DNA from: Chloroflexia bacterium
GTDB taxonomy: Bacteria; Chloroflexota; Chloroflexia; QHBQ01; JADMIH01
Assembly (NCBI GenBank): GCA_036399775.1
Contig: DASWMJ010000096.1
Span: 69,665 to 133,664, forward strand
Reading direction: 5' to 3'
Length of the DNA: 64,000 nt
Below the pieces are notes generated by a model. The model did not search any database, was not told where the DNA came from, and saw only the letters and a program-made list of their open reading frames with translations. The position numbers were made by a program, and so were the translations under genes. Below, in pieces: positions 58,700 through 64,000 of this stretch (the first letter of the stretch is position 1; every line of letters starts with the position of its first letter).

Positions 58700-58982
58700 A
58701 TTGAATAGCGGCGACGAGCCGCATGCCCGCGTCGAAGTGGAATAGTAGCTACATCAAGGATTTGCAGCGAATCGGGAGATGGTGCAAGCCCGGTAGACCT
58801 GGCGTAGCGAACCGGCCATGGAGCGGTCCGCCGAAGAAAGCCCAACGGCGAGCAAGTAGGATGGAGTGGTTGGTCACCACGCACAAAATAACCACGAGCG
58901 GTCACAGGCCAAAAATGTGACAATTAGGGTGGTACCGCGGGAGCCATGCTCTCGTCCCTTGCTTTGGGACGGGAGTTTTTTG
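58700..58982 (+). promoter_or_regulatory. T-box riboswitch leader RNA (tRNA-sensing transcription attenuator)
   Basis: Canonical T-box sequence AATTAGGGTGGTACCGCG at 58923-58940. It is immediately followed by an intrinsic terminator (stem CTCTCGTCCC / GGGACGGGAG, 58949-58975, then TTTTTTG), and the T-box 3' half can alternatively pair with the terminator 5' arm to form an antiterminator. Leader of about 283 nt between promoter and ATG 59015. Possible specifier GAA-GAA-A or AAG/AAA near 58833-58839. Confidence 0.75.
58949..58982 (+). terminator. intrinsic terminator of the T-box leader
   Basis: 10-bp stem (one G-U) CTCTCGTCCC / GGGACGGGAG with a 7-nt loop and a TTTTTTG tract. Confidence 0.7.
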
Positions 58983-59014
58983 TTGCCCGGAATCGGCGGG
59001 AGGAGGATCGGGTC

Positions 59015-60088
59015 ATGCAAGTAACGCTGGGCAAGATAGCCTCGGTGACGGCGCGGGTGAGACTGCCCCACCAGGTGGAGATAGGCGATTACGTCTGCGC
59101 AGAGCGCGGCGCGGTGATAGTGGTCGAAGCTCTTGAAGAGAAGTCGGTGTACGGAGAGCTTGAGCTGCTCGGCGGCAGGATGGCTCGCATCATCAAGGGC
59201 GACGTGATGGCGGGCGTGCTGGGCGAGCGCCAGGCCCTCAAAGGTTTCGTGGGCCACATCCCTGAGCGCATAGAGCCGGGTGACACTCTCCACGTCCTGA
59301 ATATGGGTGGGGTCATAGGGCTGTGTAGCTCCGCCAACACCGATTTCGGCCAGGCGTTGCGGGTGCGCGTGCTCGGTTCGGCCATAGTTGACGGCGAACC
59401 TGCCAGCATCGCCCGCGACGCGCTCCCCTGGCGCAACTCCCTCCACAGGAGCGCGCCTATCATCCTCGTCTCCGGCACCTGCATGAACGCGGGCAAGACT
59501 ACAGCGGCGTGCGAGAGCCTACGCGTGCTGTCGAGCAGGGGGTACCGGATCGCAGCCGCCAAGCTCGCGGGCGTTGCCACTCAGCGCGACCTGCTGAATA
59601 TGCAAGATCACGGCGCGATAGCGGCGCTCTCATTCAGCGACGCGGGCCTCCCCTCCACCACCGGCACCGATAGCTGCTTGGTGCCCGCCGCCAAAGGCGT
59701 GCTGGCTGCCCTCAACGCCTCCCAGCCTGACGCCATAATCGTGGAGTTCGGCGACGGTATCATGGGGCACTACGGCGTGGATATACTCCTGCGGGACGCC
59801 GAATTGATGGGCCACGTGCGAGCGCACATCCTCTGCGCCAACGACCTTGTCGCCGCGTGGGGCGGACTGCGCTACCTCGAAGGGATGGGCGTGCGTGTAG
59901 ACTGCATATCAGGCCCGGCCACCGACAACACGGCGGGCGTAGATTACATCAACAAGCATTTCAGCATGCAAGCCGCCAACGGTCGCACGCAACCCACTCT
60001 CCTGGCCGACATGGTGGAAGCCCTGGCCTTCCCAGGCAACTCCCATTCGATGTCTGGCAGAATGATAGAAGATAGGGACGTGGCGTAA
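59015..60088 (+). CDS. P-loop protein, DUF1611-like (possible DgcN-type N-acetyltransferase), first gene of the T-box operon
   Basis: GGGAGGAGG RBS and ATG 59015. The upstream ATG of the ORF track lies inside the terminator hairpin. P-loop-like VSGTCMNAGKTT. Stop overlaps the argC start (ATGA). Family assignment from recall only. Confidence 0.45.
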   Translation: MQVTLGKIASVTARVRLPHQVEIGDYVCAERGAVIVVEALEEKSVYGELELLGGRMARIIKGDVMAGVLGERQALKGFVGHIPERIEPGDTLHVLNMGGVIGLCSSANTDFGQALRVRVLGSAIVDGEPASIARDALPWRNSLHRSAPIILVSGTCMNAGKTTAACESLRVLSSRGYRIAAAKLAGVATQRDLLNMQDHGAIAALSFSDAGLPSTTGTDSCLVPAAKGVLAALNASQPDAIIVEFGDGIMGHYGVDILLRDAELMGHVRAHILCANDLVAAWGGLRYLEGMGVRVDCISGPATDNTAGVDYINKHFSMQAANGRTQPTLLADMVEALAFPGNSHSMSGRMIEDRDVA

Positions 60089-61179
60089 TGGCTATACGGC
60101 AATTCTCCATGTCGCGGCCCGCGCGGGTAGCGGTGGTGGGCGCATCGGGGTATATCGGCGGGGAGGCGTTGCGCCTGCTGCTGGGGCACCCGTGCGTAGA
60201 AGTGGCAGCGGTAACGTCGCAGTCACATGCAGGCAAGCTCGTTGCCGAGGTACACCCACACCTGGCCCATACCACGGAACTCAACTTCGTCGGCGACCTG
60301 CCCCCGGAGGCTGCGAGCGAGTATGACGCAATCTTCCTGGCGCTGCCGCACGGCGCTGCCATGTCCCGCGTGCCGCAGATGCTGGCTCATATGGGAGAGG
60401 GCGGTCCGAGAGGCGACGGCCCGCTCATATTGGACTTGAGCGGCGACTTTCGCATTAAGGAGGAGGCGCAGTTCCAGAGATACTACGGGCTGCAACACAC
60501 GGCCTCCGAGTGGGCCGGGCGTGCGGCTTATGGCTTGACCGAATGGAACCGCGAAGCCATAAGGGAGGCGCGATTGGTGGCGTGCCCTGGCTGCTTCCCG
60601 ACCGGCTCGCTGCTGGCCCTTACGCCGCTCGCTCGCGCCGGACTGCTGACCGGGAACGTAGTGATCGACTCCAAGACAGGCTCGTCGGGTTCCGGCAAAG
60701 AGCCGGGCGAGGGCACCCATCACCCCACGCGGGCGAACGACTTCCGCGCTTATGGCCTGCTCAAGCACCGCCACTTGCCGGAAATCGTCCAGGAACTCGC
60801 TAAGTGGCATCTCCAGGACAGCGCAAGCCTTCGCGTGGTCTTCACGCCCCATTCCGCCCCGATGGTGAGGGGCATATTCACTACGGCCTACGTCTTCCCT
60901 TCGCGCCCGGTCAGCAAGGAGGAGCTACGCGATATATACGAGCAGGCTTACCAGGGCGAGTATTTCGTGCGGTTGGTGGAGTCGCCCCGCGTAGGCGTGG
61001 TAGCCCACTCCAACTTCTGCGACATAGCCGCCGTGACCGATGGCGAGGGCGCTATCATAGTAACCAGCGCCATAGACAATCTCGTAAAAGGCGGCGCGGG
61101 CCAGGGCGTGCAAAACCTCAACGTAGCATTCGACTGGCCCGAAAATCTCGGCCTAACCTTCCCAGGCACGATGCCATAA
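60088..61179 (+). CDS. argC: N-acetyl-gamma-glutamyl-phosphate reductase (ArgC/LysY type)
   Basis: VVGASGYIGGEALRLL NAD motif and catalytic-Cys region LVACPGCFPTG, 363 aa. Confidence 0.85.
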   Translation: MAIRQFSMSRPARVAVVGASGYIGGEALRLLLGHPCVEVAAVTSQSHAGKLVAEVHPHLAHTTELNFVGDLPPEAASEYDAIFLALPHGAAMSRVPQMLAHMGEGGPRGDGPLILDLSGDFRIKEEAQFQRYYGLQHTASEWAGRAAYGLTEWNREAIREARLVACPGCFPTGSLLALTPLARAGLLTGNVVIDSKTGSSGSGKEPGEGTHHPTRANDFRAYGLLKHRHLPEIVQELAKWHLQDSASLRVVFTPHSAPMVRGIFTTAYVFPSRPVSKEELRDIYEQAYQGEYFVRLVESPRVGVVAHSNFCDIAAVTDGEGAIIVTSAIDNLVKGGAGQGVQNLNVAFDWPENLGLTFPGTMP

Positions 61180-61182
61180 TAC

Positions 61183-61257
61183 CCAGAAATTAGAAGTTAG
61201 AAGTTAGAAATCAGAAGCCTAACACCTGAACCCTGACCCCTGATCCCTAACCCCTAA
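61183..61257. repeat. mixed heptamer array (AGAAGTT)n followed by (CCCTGAC/CCCTAAC)n
   Basis: Between argC and argD. An (AGAAGTT)n array also occurs at 29256-29292. Confidence 0.6.
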
Positions 61258-61267
61258 AGGAGCACAC

Positions 61268-62464
61268 ATGGTTGCAACGATAGATACCGCCACCGGCAGG
61301 CAGGCTGTGATTGACGAAGAAAACAGGGCGCAACTGGGCACATATGCCAAGCTGCCTATAGTGGCGGTGCGGGGTAGCGGCATCATGCTGTACGACGCAT
61401 CGGGCCAGGCATACTACGACTTTTACTGCGGGCACGCCGTAACGCTCCTGGGGCATTGCCACCCCAGGGTCGTGCAGGCGATAAAGGAGCAGGCCGAGCG
61501 CCTCATTTTCTACTCGAACATCGTTTACAACGACGTGCGGGCGCAGTACGCCGCCGCGCTGGTGGGGGTTGCGCCGAGGGGTTACGGGCAGGTCTTTTTC
61601 TGCAATTCGGGGGCCGAGGCCAACGAGACCGCGCTCAAGCTGGCGCGCAAATATACCGGAAGGCCGACCATGCTGGCGATGGACGGCAGCTTTCACGGGC
61701 GGACGATGGGCGCGCTCGCCATGACCAGCAACCCGAAGTATAGGCAGGGCTTCGAGCCGCTACTTCCGGGCGTTGAGTTCGTACCGTTCGGCGACCTGGC
61801 TGCCACACAGGCCAGATTGGAGAAAGGCGACATCGCCGCCATCATAATTGAGCCTATACAGAGCATCGCGGGCGTGCGAATGGAGGGGGCTGAATACTAC
61901 AGGGCGTTGCGAGAGCTTTGCGATAGGCATGGCTCGCTGCTCATCTTTGACGAGATACAGACAGGACTTGGCCGCACGGGCAAGCTGTGGGCAGGCGAAC
62001 ACTGGGATGTCGTGCCCGATATTATCACGCTGGCTAAGGGCATAGCGAGCGGCGTGCCGATGGGGGCTACGCTTATCTCCACGCACATCGCTGAGACGGT
62101 TCATCTTGATGAGCACGGCTCGACCTTCGGAGGCTCGCCTATCGCCTGCGCCGCCGCCTCTGCTACGTTGGGCGCTATCCTCGAAGATAACATGGTGGAG
62201 CACGCCGGGGCTATGGGTAGGCTAATGGTAGAGAAACTGGGCGGGTTGCCCCACATCCAGGAGATACGGGGGATGGGCCTCTTGCTAGGCTTATGCCTCG
62301 ACGTGCCCGCGAAGGACGTGCAGTACGCCGCGCTCGAACGCGGCGTCATCCTCGGCACTTCGGGCGATCCGAACGTATTGCGTATCATGCCTCCGATGGT
62401 GGTCACGCCGGAGGATGTGGAGCACCTGGCATCGGTGTTGCGAGACGTGCTGCAAGGTATTTAG
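61268..62464 (+). CDS. argD: acetylornithine aminotransferase (class III; ArgD/LysJ type)
   Basis: Class III aminotransferase motifs (FCNSGAEANE, IFDEIQTGLGRTG PLP-lysine region), 398 aa. Confidence 0.85.
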   Translation: MVATIDTATGRQAVIDEENRAQLGTYAKLPIVAVRGSGIMLYDASGQAYYDFYCGHAVTLLGHCHPRVVQAIKEQAERLIFYSNIVYNDVRAQYAAALVGVAPRGYGQVFFCNSGAEANETALKLARKYTGRPTMLAMDGSFHGRTMGALAMTSNPKYRQGFEPLLPGVEFVPFGDLAATQARLEKGDIAAIIIEPIQSIAGVRMEGAEYYRALRELCDRHGSLLIFDEIQTGLGRTGKLWAGEHWDVVPDIITLAKGIASGVPMGATLISTHIAETVHLDEHGSTFGGSPIACAAASATLGAILEDNMVEHAGAMGRLMVEKLGGLPHIQEIRGMGLLLGLCLDVPAKDVQYAALERGVILGTSGDPNVLRIMPPMVVTPEDVEHLASVLRDVLQGI

Positions 62465-62472
62465 TGGCGTCC

Positions 62473-63348
62473 ATGATGGATGAGACAGGCGCAGATTCAT
62501 ACTTAGGGCAGCACAAAGGCAAGCGTTTCGTCGTCAAACTGGGTGGCGAAGTGATGCTGAACGCCGCCGGACTGCGCGCGCTTTCAGCCGACATAGCTAC
62601 CCTAGCGCGATCCGGCGTGGGGGTGGTCATCGTGCATGGCGGCGGCCCGCAAGCCGACGCGCTAGCCGCTAAGCTGGGGCACCGGGTACGCAAGGTAGCA
62701 GGTCGCCGCGTGACCGACGACGATGCCCTGGAAGTAGCGAAGATGGTGTACGGCGGCAGTATCAACCTGGAATTGCTGGCCGCGTTGAGGGCCGCAGGCG
62801 CGCAGGGGGTGGGCCTTTCAGGGGTCGACGCGACGCTGATAACGGCCACGCGCCGCATGCCTGTCGTGGTACGCGACCAGCATACCGGCACAGATGAGAT
62901 GGTGGACTTCGGGCACGTAGGGGATATTGCCGCCGTAGACGTTTCGCTGGTGGACTTGCTACTGGGAGCGGGCTACGTGCCGGTGGTAGCTTCGCTGGCT
63001 GCCGACGATGAGGGCAACCTGTACAACGTCAACGCGGATACGGTCGCGCAGGCGCTTGCCGTCGCCCTCCATGCGGACAGGCTATACCTGCTGACCAACG
63101 TGCCCGGCATCCTGCTCGACCCAACCGACCCAGGTTCGCTCCTACCCATCTGCACGCGCGAGCAGGCAGAGCGGCTGATTAGGCAGGGAGTGATCTCCGG
63201 TGGGATGCTCCCAAAGGTGCTGAACTGCCTGCAAGCCCTGGCGGATGGCGTGCGGCAGGTCCAGATTCTAGACGGCACCCAGGAGAGGTCGCTGCTGCTT
63301 GAAAGCCTGGCCCCCAATGCTGAGGTGGGAACGCTGCTGGTCGAATAA
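62473..63348 (+). CDS. argB: acetylglutamate kinase (ArgB/LysZ type)
   Basis: VVKLGGEVM nucleotide-binding start and amino-acid kinase fold. Start set at ATG 62473 just after the argD stop; the longer track ORF overlaps argD. Confidence 0.85.
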   Translation: MMDETGADSYLGQHKGKRFVVKLGGEVMLNAAGLRALSADIATLARSGVGVVIVHGGGPQADALAAKLGHRVRKVAGRRVTDDDALEVAKMVYGGSINLELLAALRAAGAQGVGLSGVDATLITATRRMPVVVRDQHTGTDEMVDFGHVGDIAAVDVSLVDLLLGAGYVPVVASLAADDEGNLYNVNADTVAQALAVALHADRLYLLTNVPGILLDPTDPGSLLPICTREQAERLIRQGVISGGMLPKVLNCLQALADGVRQVQILDGTQERSLLLESLAPNAEVGTLLVE

Positions 63349-63371
63349 TATTATCGACTGCCTAAATTAGG

Positions 63372-63462
63372 GTAGGGGCGACCCGGCGGGTCGCCCTGGT
63401 GGGGACGGCGTACCGTGCTTGTCTGGTGCCCTAGACAGGGCGACCCGGCGGGTCGCCCCTAC
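63372..63462. repeat. GTAGGGGCGACCC...GGGTCGCCCCTAC palindromic MITE-like element
   Basis: Downstream of argB. Variant GGCGGG in place of GGTGGG in both arms, a compensatory change that preserves the palindrome. Confidence 0.6.
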
Positions 63463-63502
63463 AGGAAATATTCCCTTACTTCCAGTCTGAACTCTCGTTT
63501 CG

Positions 63503-63961
63503 CTACCTGAAGCCGAGCAGGCGGGAGCGGTACAACCTGAAGCGAAGGAAGAGGAAGCAGCCGAGGCAGAAGCCCGCCAGCGCTACCGCCGCAGCAACGG
63601 CCACCATCAGCGACAGCGCCCACCCGATAACGGGCAGCCCCAGCATGAACGCTACCTGCGCCAGCCCAAGCAGTACGACGGCTATCGAATTGTTGAAGCG
63701 CATGAGGCGGCGGTCTTCACCTTCCCCATCGGCGGCGATGCGCGACGCCAGCAAGCGCTGGCCCACCTGGAAGATGAGGCTGCGACGCTGGCCGTACAGC
63801 ACGGCAGGTAGCAATATCAGGAAAAGTAAAGTCGTTATGAGAGGTTGCTGAAGCAGCAGGCCCGCCACTATGCCCGTCAATAGCGTCCAGCGATTGAGGC
63901 GTACTATAGGCATAGGTATGTCGCTGCACAGTCCCGCCTCTTCTGTCTTATTCTTATCCAT
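63503..63961 (-). CDS. hypothetical small membrane protein
   Basis: 152 aa with 3-4 TM helices. No recognisable family from sequence alone. Confidence 0.35.
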   Translation of the reverse strand: MDKNKTEEAGLCSDIPMPIVRLNRWTLLTGIVAGLLLQQPLITTLLFLILLPAVLYGQRRSLIFQVGQRLLASRIAADGEGEDRRLMRFNNSIAVVLLGLAQVAFMLGLPVIGWALSLMVAVAAAVALAGFCLGCFLFLRFRLYRSRLLGFR

Positions 63962-64000
63962 TTTTGTATCTCCTGTTTGAATATTTTTTGCTAAGCCTGA

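Noticed and set aside
58946-59014. Upstream ATG start for the first gene of the T-box operon
   Set aside because: This ATG lies inside the terminator hairpin of the leader. The ATG at 59015 has a GGGAGGAGG RBS and lies after the terminator.
62293-62472. Long N-terminal extension of the acetylglutamate kinase ORF
   Set aside because: It overlaps the 3' end of argD by 170 bp. The kinase homology begins at the Met at 62473, immediately after the argD stop.

Overview
This is a high-GC (about 60%) bacterial chromosomal segment with tight operons, mostly on the minus strand in the first 42 kb and the plus strand afterwards. No rRNA, tRNA or CRISPR was seen. The sequence looks Chloroflexi-like, but that cannot be confirmed from sequence alone.

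In coordinate order, the coding content is:
- a glycolate oxidase glcD-glcE-glcF cluster with an embedded lipoprotein gene, followed by a class V (alanine-glyoxylate type) aminotransferase and a cupin;
- a sugar-acid/pentose catabolism block (epimerase, DUF4432-like, two GNATs, a long IlvD/EDD dehydratase, SDR, xylulokinase, divergent xylose-isomerase-like TIM barrel, Gfo/Idh/MocA, TIM barrels);
- a cluster of VOC, creatininase-family, UPF0261, TIM-barrel, CCG Fe-S and FAD-oxidase genes;
- a minus-strand CUT1-type sugar ABC transporter operon with two tandem ATPases, an embedded alpha/beta hydrolase and a ROK regulator;
- a 2.4-kb lower-GC block of hypothetical lipoprotein and glycine-rich membrane genes, then a PQQ-type sugar dehydrogenase;
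- a plus-strand chitobiose/GlcNAc utilisation regulon (ROK regulator, LacI regulator, binding protein, two permeases, GH1, ROK kinase, GH3 NagZ-like, NagA, SIS-type GlcN6P deaminase);
- a lower-GC two-gene island encoding two ComEC-type metallo-beta-lactamase-fold hydrolases with their own promoter, with no described system of this architecture known to me, which is my top candidate for novelty;
- a textbook T-box leader (sigma70 promoter, AATTAGGGTGGTACCGCG box, intrinsic terminator) controlling an operon of a P-loop DUF1611-like protein followed by argC-argD-argB (or lysY-lysJ-lysZ type).

The non-coding DNA is dominated by families of tandem heptanucleotide repeats resembling cyanobacterial STRRs. 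These often form palindromic elements, flank a four-helix-bundle (23S rRNA intervening-sequence protein) gene in inverted orientation, and run in-frame into several coding sequences. There are also two MITE-like families (six copies with GTAGGGGCG...CGCCCCTAC termini; three copies with a (CGTATTG)n core) and one triple-nested MITE insertion with a 5-bp target duplication.
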